DNA of 20,000 nucleotides, from the IMG/VR virus record IMGVR_UViG_2660238032_000003; one strand, written 5' to 3'. Source of the DNA: an uncultured virus (IMG/VR IMGVR_UViG_2660238032_000003). Lineage: Duplodnaviria; Heunggongvirae; Uroviricota; Caudoviricetes. This document shows, in pieces, positions 1 through 8,164 of this stretch. A program made the translations under genes and the position numbers. Each line of letters starts with the position of its first letter. Within the stretch, counting starts at the first letter, position 1. The notes under the pieces are model-generated. The model ran no database searches. It saw only the letters and a list, made by a program, of their open reading frames with translations, and was not told the DNA's origin.

Positions 1-9
1 TCTAGCCAT
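1..9 (-). CDS. 5' end of a gene leaving the window (MAR...), probably terminase small subunit
   Basis: ATG GCT AGA at 9..1 with purine-rich GAGGTGGTG upstream. Position downstream of the late regulator and late promoter is where terS normally lies. Only 3 codons visible. Confidence 0.35.
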
Positions 10-50
10 ATCTCACTATCACCACCTCACTCTGTTCAAATTATCATCTT

Positions 51-221
51 TCATATGCTGTAAACTGTTACTAAATAAAAATAAGCTAAACATTCAACTA
101 CTATACTTAAAATAGCTGATGCAAAGCTTATTAATTTATCGTTATTATTTTTTATTTTCTTGGCACATTCAATTATATTTAATATATGTGTTATTGCTAC
201 TCCTATAACAAGTAGTGTCAT
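51..221 (-). CDS. small two-TM membrane protein
   Basis: Two hydrophobic stretches (MTLLVIGVAITHILNII; LISFASAILSIVVECLAYFYLVTVYSI). Start moved to ATG 221 (or TTG 230) because 232..390 holds another ORF. Confidence 0.55.
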   Translation of the reverse strand: MTLLVIGVAITHILNIIECAKKIKNNNDKLISFASAILSIVVECLAYFYLVTVYSI

Positions 222-231
222 TATATACAAG

Positions 232-390
232 CTATGACCTTTTTTCTTTTTTAGATTTATATAATTCTCTTTTAATAATTCTATTACGTTCTTTATACGT
301 TTCACACTTACTTTTCATTTCTTTTACTGTTTTATATTTCTTACAGCCAAAACAGCATTTCATACATGGATTTTCTAATGGAGCTATCAT
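232..390 (-). CDS. 52-aa Cys-containing basic hypothetical protein (not in ORF track)
   Basis: Manual translation MIAPLENPCMKCCFGCKKYKTVKEMKSKCETYKERNRIIKRELYKSKKEKRS; strong SD AAAGGAG upstream. Confidence 0.65.
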   Translation of the reverse strand: MIAPLENPCMKCCFGCKKYKTVKEMKSKCETYKERNRIIKRELYKSKKEKRS

Positions 391-391
391 T

Positions 392-559
392 CTATCTTCT
401 CCTTTCACTATTCTTAAAACATTCTTTCCACCCTTTGTATTGATCCAATGTTACTTCTACTTTATTACAATTCTTATATCTATCACATGCTTCATTTCCA
501 ACTTTGCATAAGCATCTTAATTCTTTCCCTTTCCATCTTGTATAGCATTTTACTTTCAT
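392..559 (-). CDS. 55-aa Cys-rich hypothetical protein
   Basis: MKVKCYTRWKGKELRCLCK...; SD GAGGTG precedes ATG 559. The track start at 610 lies inside a terminator. Confidence 0.65.
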   Translation of the reverse strand: MKVKCYTRWKGKELRCLCKVGNEACDRYKNCNKVEVTLDQYKGWKECFKNSERRR

Positions 560-591
560 TGTTCTCACCTCTTTCTGTTTCGTTGAATAAT

Positions 592-618
592 AAAAAGCGC
601 CTAAATTCATAGGTGCTT
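592..618 (-). terminator. intrinsic terminator
   Basis: AAGCACCTA-TGAATT-TAGGCGCTT hairpin (one mismatch) followed by a T tract, after the 645..938 gene. Confidence 0.6.
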
Positions 619-644
619 CAATAAATAATTCTATATACTTTTTA

Positions 645-938
645 TTACAATAATACTACATCTATTTTATTTCCTTTTTTATCTGTAATGCCATTACTGC
701 TAACCTTTACTTTTAATAGTCTTTCAATTGCAGGTATTTCCATGTCCAATAACTTGTAAAACAATCCTAACAGCTTACTTGATACTTCATAATCACTTAA
801 CTCTTTAGTATCTACATATCTAATATACACACCGCCATGATAACTAATATAAAAATCAATACCATCCAATCCATATTCAATATGGTATTGTATCTTTTCT
901 CCTGCTTTAAATTTAGTTCTACTTCTTTTAACACTCAT
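645..938 (-). CDS. hypothetical protein (97 aa)
   Basis: ORF track; SD AAGGGGAG upstream. Confidence 0.7.
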   Translation of the reverse strand: MSVKRSRTKFKAGEKIQYHIEYGLDGIDFYISYHGGVYIRYVDTKELSDYEVSSKLLGLFYKLLDMEIPAIERLLKVKVSSNGITDKKGNKIDVVLL

Positions 939-1013
939 AATATGCTCCCCTTTGTATAACTAATTGTACAAAAAGAACTCTATTTCTAGAATTACTTTCC
1001 ATTATAATATATT

Positions 1014-1250
1014 CTATTTTTTTAGATATTCTATAAACTTTTCATTATCTAATTCTATATCTTCTAGTTGATTTATTATATTTTTATCTATTATTTCTAA
1101 ATTTCCTTCTATTTCTTTTATTTTCTCTATATCCTTTATATTATCTATACAAAATTTTAATACTTTTTTATATTCGTTTTTTTGTACTGTAATTAATTCT
1201 TTATATTGTTTATTAGTTAAATCAATTATTTCTATCTCCTTATTATTCAT
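1014..1250 (-). CDS. hypothetical acidic protein (78 aa)
   Basis: ORF track; SD AAGGAG upstream. Confidence 0.65.
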   Translation of the reverse strand: MNNKEIEIIDLTNKQYKELITVQKNEYKKVLKFCIDNIKDIEKIKEIEGNLEIIDKNIINQLEDIELDNEKFIEYLKK

Positions 1251-1288
1251 AATACTTCTCCTTTTTCTATAATATTTGCTATTATAAA

Positions 1289-1783
1289 CTAAATATCTAT
1301 GTGACCATCATCAATAAGTGCAATATCAATATATTTTATTTTCCGCAACTCATCATTTTTATCTGATTTTATTTTTATACATTCTTCATTATTATCAATT
1401 AATCTTCCAATAATATGTTCATGATCTTCTGGCGAACAACCCCCATTTGTAGGTTTCAGAAACATTTCTATTTTATCACCTTTTTTATGTTTATTAATCA
1501 TTTCTTTATATTCAAGAACATCATGTATTTCCCAAAATCTACTACAATTCTTACGTTCTTTATAATGTAATGCACTTAAATTAGTTCTTAACGAACCATC
1601 AATATCATAAGTATCATCTAATATATAAAGATTATCATCACCAGTTTCCTTTTTATAAATTTCCAGTGCTTTATTATAACTTTCTCTTTCTGTTTTTTCA
1701 AAAGTGGTTAAAATTTTATTTTCCCAGCAGAATATCATGTGCTTCTCTACTTCCGGATTTTCATGGAATGGGAGAAATGCCAT
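1289..1783 (-). CDS. hypothetical protein (164 aa)
   Basis: ORF track; SD AAAGGA; possible own promoter TTTACA-N16-TATTAT near 1855-1882. Confidence 0.7.
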   Translation of the reverse strand: MAFLPFHENPEVEKHMIFCWENKILTTFEKTERESYNKALEIYKKETGDDNLYILDDTYDIDGSLRTNLSALHYKERKNCSRFWEIHDVLEYKEMINKHKKGDKIEMFLKPTNGGCSPEDHEHIIGRLIDNNEECIKIKSDKNDELRKIKYIDIALIDDGHIDI

Positions 1784-1894
1784 ATCTTATCATTCCTTTC
1801 AACTTTATATAATTACATTACTTATATTCATAAATTCAATTATTTAATTCATAATAATATAATTATATAAAATAATGTAAATTCCTCCTAAATA

Positions 1895-1967
1895 TTAAAA
1901 ATACTCCATACAACCTACAAGACATCCAAGTATAAACTTAGATATTCGGTTAATACAGAGTATTTTA
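1895..1967 (-). terminator. long G.U-rich stem-loop followed by a T run (terminator or structured RNA)
   Basis: AAAATACTCTGTATTAACC pairs with GGTTGTATGGAGTATTTT; inner stem ATATCTAAGT/ACTTGGATGT. Wobbles work on the minus-strand RNA. Confidence 0.5.
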
Positions 1968-2062
1968 ACTATTGTATAAAAGGGTAATGAGAATTTATGA
2001 GAAAATAACCAAGGTATCTTATAAAACAAGGGGGGAGTTTTACTGGATACCTCTTACTTATT

Positions 2063-2116
2063 ATTATAAAGGTTATTTTTAATTATTTTTCTCAAATTTT
2101 TCTCATTTTCTTATCA
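2063..2116 (-). promoter_or_regulatory. putative late promoter with activator direct repeats
   Basis: TGATAAGAAAA-TGAGAAAAATT-TGAGAAAAAT (11-bp period) upstream of a perfect TATAAT (2063-2068) with no good -35. This layout is typical of RinA/ArpU-activated late promoters. Confidence 0.55.
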
Positions 2117-2848
2117 TTTATTTTCTTCATTCAATTTTTTTCTTTCTTCTATATTTGTAAATAGACTTTCAAATAAATACCCTAAAAAACCAATTATAGT
2201 AGCAGCTGTAGCTAATTTATTCATATCATTTAAAAATATAATTCCTGAGATTATTCCACTAAAAGCTATTATTAATCTTAACCATTGTCTTAATCCTTTT
2301 GGCCAATCAATTAACTTTTTTCTCTTGTTGCTTCTTTTATTCATAGTATTTATTGATTTTTTATTATTAATCATCAAATCTTCTTTCATTAATTTGGCTA
2401 ACATATTGCATTGTATAACATATTGATCTTTACTTTGTTGAAATAATCTTTTTTTACTAAATGTAAATTGACTATACTTCGATAACATACTATATATGTT
2501 AAATATTTCATCAGTTGCATACAATCTAATTTTCACTGAAACATTCATACTTTTTTGATTAATATTATCTAATTCATGTTGATATTTATCATGTGCAATA
2601 TCATAATCCCAATCTGAATAATCACAATATTTTCTTATATTTAAAAGTACTTCTAACGCTTCTAAATATGTTTCTTCTTTGTTTTTCATAATCTTTTCTT
2701 GTTTTTCAAAGTTTTTTTCCATGTTGAATTTGTTTTTTTCTATTTTATTATTATATATGTTTTGAATAAATCCACCCAATGTACCAATTAATATACCTGA
2801 TATTGTAAATATCCCAGTATATATTGCAATTTGTAATTTTGTATCCAT
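2114..2848 (-). CDS. moron membrane protein (1 N-terminal and 2 C-terminal TM helices)
   Basis: Hydrophobic N-terminus and two C-terminal hydrophobic segments; SD AAGGAGG; own promoter. Confidence 0.75.
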   Translation of the reverse strand: MDTKLQIAIYTGIFTISGILIGTLGGFIQNIYNNKIEKNKFNMEKNFEKQEKIMKNKEETYLEALEVLLNIRKYCDYSDWDYDIAHDKYQHELDNINQKSMNVSVKIRLYATDEIFNIYSMLSKYSQFTFSKKRLFQQSKDQYVIQCNMLAKLMKEDLMINNKKSINTMNKRSNKRKKLIDWPKGLRQWLRLIIAFSGIISGIIFLNDMNKLATAATIIGFLGYLFESLFTNIEERKKLNEENK

Positions 2849-2869
2849 CTAATTCCTCCTTCAGATGTA

Positions 2870-2898
2870 ATATTACCAAATAGTACAATTTAAGACAA
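2870..2898 (-). promoter_or_regulatory. sigma-A-type promoter of the moron
   Basis: TTGTCT-N17-TAATAT with a TG extension. Confidence 0.6.
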
Positions 2899-2902
2899 TA
2901 TA

Positions 2903-2930
2903 AGAACACCCATATTTCTACAGGTGTTCC
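2903..2930 (-). terminator. terminator hairpin after late regulator
   Basis: GGAACACCTGTA-GAAA-TATGGGTGTTCT, 12-bp stem with GNRA loop; weak U tail. Confidence 0.6.
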
Positions 2931-2934
2931 AAAA

Positions 2935-3456
2935 TTATTTATACATCCACATAGAATCAGCAATATTTTCAACTAATTCTTCTCTGTGCCTATAACACGT
3001 AGGAATGCTTAAATTAAGTTGCATTGCTATATATGGAATGTTTCTATTATCTCCATAGAAATACTCTATAAATCTTTTATCCTCTTCTCTTAAGCTTTCT
3101 ATATTAGTATCCATAATTCTTATAAAAGATTGCATTTCCATTATCTTAGATTCTGTTTTAATCTTTTGCTTTATCTTCTCTACTTTTCTTTGTTCTAATT
3201 TAGTAACCTCATTTTCCATTTGTTTTTCCATATAGGAGCTTCCACTAATACTAGCTTGTACTCTTTCTCCACATCCTGCTCCTGGTGGCATTGTATCTAA
3301 GCTTATATAATTATGAACATTTCTCATTTGATTATCTATAGCTTTAATTTGTTCCTCTAATGATTCAACTTTTCTATATTTTTTATTAATTTGTTTTTTA
3401 TATCTATAGTAACGGTAAAGCTGTCCTTCTGTTTTTTGAAATAGTTCTTTTTCCAT
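2935..3456 (-). CDS. RinA/ArpU-family late transcriptional regulator (sigma70 region-4-like HTH)
   Basis: N-terminal TEGQLYRYY, coiled coil, C-terminal EEDKRFIEYFY...IPYIAMQLNLSIPTCYRHREELV HTH; located at the end of the early region. Confidence 0.8.
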   Translation of the reverse strand: MEKELFQKTEGQLYRYYRYKKQINKKYRKVESLEEQIKAIDNQMRNVHNYISLDTMPPGAGCGERVQASISGSSYMEKQMENEVTKLEQRKVEKIKQKIKTESKIMEMQSFIRIMDTNIESLREEDKRFIEYFYGDNRNIPYIAMQLNLSIPTCYRHREELVENIADSMWMYK

Positions 3457-3473
3457 AGGCTAGTCCTCCTTTT

Positions 3474-4115
3474 TTATACCACAATTTTAATCATTAATTT
3501 TTCTAATTCTTCTAATATAGGTTTTTCCTCAAGAGGTTCTCCAAAATCTATATAATATCCAAACTTAAAATCTTCTTTTAATGTCTCAAATAATGCTTTA
3601 TCTGGATTCAATCTTATCTTCTTTAAAGTTTGTTTATTTGTATCTGTTAACATTATGTGAAATGGATTTTTATAATTATATGTTATATACAATAACCAAT
3701 ATAATTTTTGTAAATGAGCTAATTCTTTACCATTAAAATCTTTTTCTAATAATTTTATTCTACTTCTGCTTTCACCTATTATCACTTTCATAAACTCAAT
3801 TCTAAGTTCTTTAAATAACTTATCTCTATTACTCCAAAGATATTTTCTTATTGTTTCTAATATAAGATTACAATCATCATCTGCTAATGGGGCATACATC
3901 ATTTCAAACATTCTTAAGCTACCTTTTTTAACTTCTTTAAGCATTAATCTTATATCTTTAATGTTTATATCATTTCCATATTCATCTTTAGTTTGAGTGC
4001 TCCTAAACTTTCCCCAAAACATTTCTTCTTTAGTAGGTAAAACAAATTCCAAGTAATCTTTATCACTTTCTTCTGTATCCATTCCCCAGAAATGACTTCC
4101 TAATAAATATTTCAT
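3474..4115 (-). CDS. DNA polymerase beta-superfamily nucleotidyltransferase (RlaP/Nuc-transf-like)
   Basis: N-terminal LGS-x3-G-x5-SDKD signature (GS plus DxD) followed by a helical domain. Confidence 0.7.
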   Translation of the reverse strand: MKYLLGSHFWGMDTEESDKDYLEFVLPTKEEMFWGKFRSTQTKDEYGNDINIKDIRLMLKEVKKGSLRMFEMMYAPLADDDCNLILETIRKYLWSNRDKLFKELRIEFMKVIIGESRSRIKLLEKDFNGKELAHLQKLYWLLYITYNYKNPFHIMLTDTNKQTLKKIRLNPDKALFETLKEDFKFGYYIDFGEPLEEKPILEELEKLMIKIVV

Positions 4116-4423
4116 TAATATCTCCCCTCACTAATATCATCTTTGGACTTATTCCATACCATTCTTGAGCTTACATAAACATTATCTATCATCTTAAGTA
4201 TTTGTCCTACTCTATCTTTAAGTGGTGGATTCTTTGGTATTCCTTTACCTTCATTGCTTCTTACTTCATATAAAATGCTTGACCATCTATCATATACACC
4301 TAGTGCTTTTTTATGAAGATTATAGGCCCTTGCATATTCATTATCTTTCAATGTATCCATTTCATTAATAAGATCTGTGAAAGAATTTAAATCTTCTGTT
4401 GTTATAAAAGGACTATTTAACAT
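4115..4423 (-). CDS. hypothetical helical protein (102 aa)
   Basis: ORF track; SD AAGGAGG; stop overlaps the next start. Confidence 0.75.
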   Translation of the reverse strand: MLNSPFITTEDLNSFTDLINEMDTLKDNEYARAYNLHKKALGVYDRWSSILYEVRSNEGKGIPKNPPLKDRVGQILKMIDNVYVSSRMVWNKSKDDISEGRY

Positions 4424-4497
4424 CTTATCCTCCTTTTTGAATTACTAAGGCATGTATACTTGCAATAGAGCTTGTACCTTGCCTTGTAATTCTGTTT

Positions 4498-4998
4498 TTA
4501 TTTGCAAGTTTTAATCTTGTGTATCTTTAAAAAGCTTTTTAACTCATATCTATATCTAACCTTTTTCTTATTTCCTATAATTTCAATTCCATTTGCTTTA
4601 CACCATCCTAAAGGTATTGACCTTCTATCAGCAGTATCTATATATAACTTTAATTCTTTAGCTTTTATTGCATATGTTTTTTCATAATCTCTAAAGTTAA
4701 ATATAAAATATGCTTTAATCTTTGGATGCTGGATATTGGACATTTCTTCTATTTGGTTACTTCTAATACAGTTGAAAGGAATGCTAGCACCTGCATGAGA
4801 TTTGAGTTCCAATAATACTAAATAATCATTAGTCATTACCTGGAAGTCACATATATTATGAGCTTGAAATCTTACATTCTCATTTTTAGTTCCGCCAAAA
4901 TTTGCTGTACCATCTTTAAATCTATATATCCAACAATCTTCAGGAACTGACTTTTTAAAATCTTCTTCAAATAGCTTTCCCGGATTCTTCTTTACCAT
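4498..4998 (-). CDS. recU: Holliday junction resolvase RecU
   Basis: N-x-G-x-x-FE, CDF...LLELKS and I-x-x-NQ motifs of RecU. ATG 4998 with SD AGGCGG preferred over 5025. Confidence 0.8.
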   Translation of the reverse strand: MVKKNPGKLFEEDFKKSVPEDCWIYRFKDGTANFGGTKNENVRFQAHNICDFQVMTNDYLVLLELKSHAGASIPFNCIRSNQIEEMSNIQHPKIKAYFIFNFRDYEKTYAIKAKELKLYIDTADRRSIPLGWCKANGIEIIGNKKKVRYRYELKSFLKIHKIKTCK

Positions 4999-5141
4999 TT
5001 GTACCCGCCTTTCTTTACACTCCATCTACGTTTTTTCTTTTCAGTCTGATATTTTTGATAAGCAAGAAATTCATTTTCTTTACGCTCTCTTCTTTTAGCA
5101 ATATCTCTTACTGTTTTAGCAGCTAGTTCTTTTGCAGTCAT
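4992..5141 (-). CDS. 49-aa basic hypothetical protein (not in ORF track)
   Basis: MTAKELAAKTVRDIAKRRERKENEFLAYQKYQTEKKKRRWSVKKGGYKW; SD AGGAG; fills the gap and overlaps the recU start. Confidence 0.65.
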   Translation of the reverse strand: MTAKELAAKTVRDIAKRRERKENEFLAYQKYQTEKKKRRWSVKKGGYKW

Positions 5142-5152
5142 AATATCAACTC

Positions 5153-5917
5153 CTACATAGCTATTTGATTATTTACTAATGTTATTTCATCTTTAAGAAC
5201 AAATGGTACTTCATATTTATCTACTATTTCCTTGGCTATCTCTAATTGACTCCTTTTTATTGCTTTATAGCTATTAACCTCAAACTGTCTTTTTATTTCT
5301 CTTTGTATATCTCCAAATACTCTAGCTCTTAATGATTTATCATAATAAGCTTTTCTGTTATATCCTCCTAAACATTTAACTGCCTTCTTTTTGACTGCTT
5401 TTTGAAGTTCTTCGCAGTCTATATTGAATAATGGCATATTGTCTTTTAGATCCTTTACTTCATTTTCTAGCTTTTGTTGCTTTCCATCTATCATAAAGAT
5501 AGCTTGAAGTTCTTTAGACATTTTAGGAATTTCTGATCTCATGTTGAAATATCCATCAACTAATTTTTCATATTGCTCCCATGCAAGATCATCTTCTAGT
5601 ATTTTTAAAAGTTTTGAATATCCTCTTTCTGATAATAGATAAATATTATTTGCATTCCCGTATTGAGCATTAGTTAATCCCATTTCTAAAACAAGTCTTT
5701 TTGAAAGACCTGTTTTTAAATCTATAATATCCACATTGTCTTTAAATCTTTTTCTATTATTATTTATTAATTCATTTACCTTTTTAACTTCTCTCCTGTG
5801 TATTTCAGCAATTTCTTTAGCTAACATTGCTTTTTTACTTTCTCCAAATCCACCTTCAATATCATGAAAAGTCATTCCCTCAACAGTTATTAATCCTTTT
5901 ATCATTAAATTATTCAT
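5153..5917 (-). CDS. ORF6N/ORF6C-domain phage antirepressor-like DNA-binding protein
   Basis: AMLAKEIAEIH...VNELINNNRKRF and IYLLSERGYSKLLKIL (ORF6N); LRARVFGDIQREIKRQFEVNSYKAIKR (ORF6C). Confidence 0.85.
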   Translation of the reverse strand: MNNLMIKGLITVEGMTFHDIEGGFGESKKAMLAKEIAEIHRREVKKVNELINNNRKRFKDNVDIIDLKTGLSKRLVLEMGLTNAQYGNANNIYLLSERGYSKLLKILEDDLAWEQYEKLVDGYFNMRSEIPKMSKELQAIFMIDGKQQKLENEVKDLKDNMPLFNIDCEELQKAVKKKAVKCLGGYNRKAYYDKSLRARVFGDIQREIKRQFEVNSYKAIKRSQLEIAKEIVDKYEVPFVLKDEITLVNNQIAM

Positions 5918-6005
5918 TTTTAATCCTCCTTAAATTATCACTTGATTATCATATGAGAATATAAAGCTAGTATCGTAACATTTTTATACTCTCACATTTA
6001 GTTTT

Positions 6006-7037
6006 TTACTTTTCTATATAGCTCATAACATTTTTAATTATCATGTTCACACTTCCATCACCGTTAGGAACTATATCGAATTTATCCTGGTCATTATAGG
6101 CTACGTTTGATATATATAAATCTATTTCTCTGTCTATATTAAGTCTTACTTTTTTAACTTTCTTCTCAACATAAGTCTTGTCTACTCCAAATTCTTCTTC
6201 ACAACTTCCAGCCATATACACTTTAAAATTGTCTGCTGCTCCTGGTTCTTTTAATACTTCTTTTGCAACTTCTTCTATATTTATAATGTCCTCTTCTATA
6301 ACTTTATTTTTAAAAGAATCTCTTATTTTTTGTTGATCCTCTGCACTTTGCACATTTTTTCTTATCCAAGTCTCAGAATTATTTATAAAACTTTTTGTAT
6401 TATCTCTCTCATTAGTGATAAGTGTTGAGTATAAATAATCTGCTACGAAATAATTAATTCTTAATTCTGCATCTTCCTTAGTTCTCTTCTTCTTATCTAA
6501 GACATAAAGATTAAACAGATTATCTTCTCGATATGGTTTTATAAAAGCAGCCTTTTCTATTTTTTGACTACTCCCTGGTAGGCCTGCAATCTGTGGTACT
6601 ATTCCTACCCCTATTTTTTCATCTATAAATTGAATTTCATGAGTAAAGTTCTTTACATAATCCAATTTTAGTATTCCAATCATTGGTCCTTGATCTGTAG
6701 TTAAAGAGACTATAATCAAATCACATGAATCTATGCTTTCATCCATTTGCATGATTGCAAACATTTGCTTTGCTAAGCTTTTAGATAATCCTATAAAATC
6801 ATCATCAATTCCATTTAAATAATCCTTAACTGTTTCTTTAACTAAACTAGTGCCTTGTTTGAATTTAGCATATTTTAACTCATCATCTTTTAAGCACTTT
6901 TCTATATGCTTATATAAGAACTTGTACACTTCCTCAGTTAATTCTAAAGTAAATTCATTTAAAACTGGTTCTGCTGCATTTCTATCCAAAACATGAATTA
7001 CAGCTTGATTTATATTAATGTCATTTATATATTCCAT
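6006..7037 (-). CDS. nucleoid-associated protein (NdpA/YejK-like, 37 kDa)
   Basis: N-terminal IHVLD, IGILKLDY and GLP...KIEKAAFI motifs, and size typical of this family. Confidence 0.7.
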   Translation of the reverse strand: MEYINDININQAVIHVLDRNAAEPVLNEFTLELTEEVYKFLYKHIEKCLKDDELKYAKFKQGTSLVKETVKDYLNGIDDDFIGLSKSLAKQMFAIMQMDESIDSCDLIIVSLTTDQGPMIGILKLDYVKNFTHEIQFIDEKIGVGIVPQIAGLPGSSQKIEKAAFIKPYREDNLFNLYVLDKKKRTKEDAELRINYFVADYLYSTLITNERDNTKSFINNSETWIRKNVQSAEDQQKIRDSFKNKVIEEDIINIEEVAKEVLKEPGAADNFKVYMAGSCEEEFGVDKTYVEKKVKKVRLNIDREIDLYISNVAYNDQDKFDIVPNGDGSVNMIIKNVMSYIEK

Positions 7038-7056
7038 TGTTTTTCCTCCTAAATCA

Positions 7057-8064
7057 TTAAACTACTAATCTTCTATATTCATTTTTCAAATTTTCTTGTG
7101 AAAGTTGTGCATAAATCTGAGTTGTAGTTGGAGTAGTATGTCCTAATATACCTTGTACTCCTTCAATCCTCATTCCACTATTTAATAATCTAGTCGCCTG
7201 AGTCCTTCTAAACTTATGCGCATGAACCCTTTCTGTTACATTCGTCCTATTCTTTATCTTTTTAATAATTAACTGTAGAGCTCTAGTTCCTATTACTTGA
7301 TATGGTGCTTTTTGTGATATAAACAAATAGTCTGATTCTCCTTTTCTTGTATTTATATACTGTTCAATATGCAATTTAGCTTTAGTTGAAAAATAAACTA
7401 TTCTTTCTTTACTTCCTTTTCCTGTTACTTTTATGCTCTGCTCGGACCAGTTTATATCCTCTAACTTAATGTTATCTATTTCTGATATTCTACAAGCTGT
7501 ACTATCTAATAATTCAAACAATGCTTTTTCTCGTTCTGTTTTGCATCCTTCTCTTAATTTTTCAAGATTCTCTGCTTTGTAAGGTTGTTGAATTATTCTT
7601 GGCACCTTTGTTTGTTTTAACTTATAAGCTGGATTGTTAAAAATATATTCCTCTGATTGCAACCATCCGAAAAAGTTCTTTAAATAAGTGATATATCCAT
7701 TAACAGTACTTGCTTTCTTGCCTTTACCCAATAGAGCTAAGAACATTCTTAAATCCATTGTGTTTATAGTAGAACATGGTTTAGTAAAATACTGATCTAA
7801 CTTATTAAGAAACAGTCTGTAATTATATAATGTCTTATTGCTTAAACCTTCTAATTTCTTACAAGCAAGATATAGCTGAGCCTTTTCTTCTATATCGCTG
7901 CAAACTAAATCTGTACACTTACTTTGTACTTCGTAGTTATACAAAGTCTCATCTATAGTTCTCTTAACTTCTAGTTGCATATCTAATTTCTGTTCTAAAA
8001 AAGGTAATAACAATGTTAATTTTCCCACTAATTTAATGCTTACTTCTTCGTTTAGGTTGCTCAT
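7057..8064 (-). CDS. Xer-like tyrosine recombinase, intact
   Basis: SAM-like N-domain (GLSNKTLYNY); catalytic R (TACRISE), K (GKGSKER), HxxR (HKFRR), H (LGH), Y (TTQIY). Confidence 0.92.
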   Translation of the reverse strand: MSNLNEEVSIKLVGKLTLLLPFLEQKLDMQLEVKRTIDETLYNYEVQSKCTDLVCSDIEEKAQLYLACKKLEGLSNKTLYNYRLFLNKLDQYFTKPCSTINTMDLRMFLALLGKGKKASTVNGYITYLKNFFGWLQSEEYIFNNPAYKLKQTKVPRIIQQPYKAENLEKLREGCKTEREKALFELLDSTACRISEIDNIKLEDINWSEQSIKVTGKGSKERIVYFSTKAKLHIEQYINTRKGESDYLFISQKAPYQVIGTRALQLIIKKIKNRTNVTERVHAHKFRRTQATRLLNSGMRIEGVQGILGHTTPTTTQIYAQLSQENLKNEYRRLVV

Positions 8065-8100
8065 TATTTATTCCTCCCCTTGTGAAATTGATTATTTATT

Positions 8101-8144
8101 GAGAATAGATACTCAAGACAATAGTGTAGTAAGCATCTACTCCC
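8101..8144 (-). promoter_or_regulatory. G.U-rich hairpin in the recombinase leader
   Basis: GGGAGTAGATGCTTA pairs with TGAGTATCTATTCTC (15 bp including G.U pairs). Confidence 0.5.
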
Positions 8145-8164
8145 TATTCATTTGCTATATTACT

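Noticed and set aside
215..511. Plus-strand 98-aa ORF
   Set aside because: Antisense shadow of two minus-strand ORFs that have good SDs; no convincing RBS of its own.
2020..2045. C-rich loop as a specific antisense regulator of the recombinase SD (ACAAGGGG)
   Set aside because: Only about 8 nt of complementarity to a generic G-rich SD; not distinguishable from chance.
2751..2972. Minus-strand 73-aa ORF
   Set aside because: Overlaps two better genes and runs through a terminator and a promoter.
3474..4423. MNT-HEPN toxin-antitoxin pair
   Set aside because: The 102-aa partner lacks an RxxxxH HEPN motif, and the transferase is longer than a minimal MNT.
4502..4687. Plus-strand 61-aa ORF
   Set aside because: Lies entirely antisense within recU.
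7057..8064. Recombinase as the prophage integration integrase marking a prophage end
   Set aside because: Phage early genes continue on both sides in the same orientation; no att site, tRNA or host gene is adjacent.
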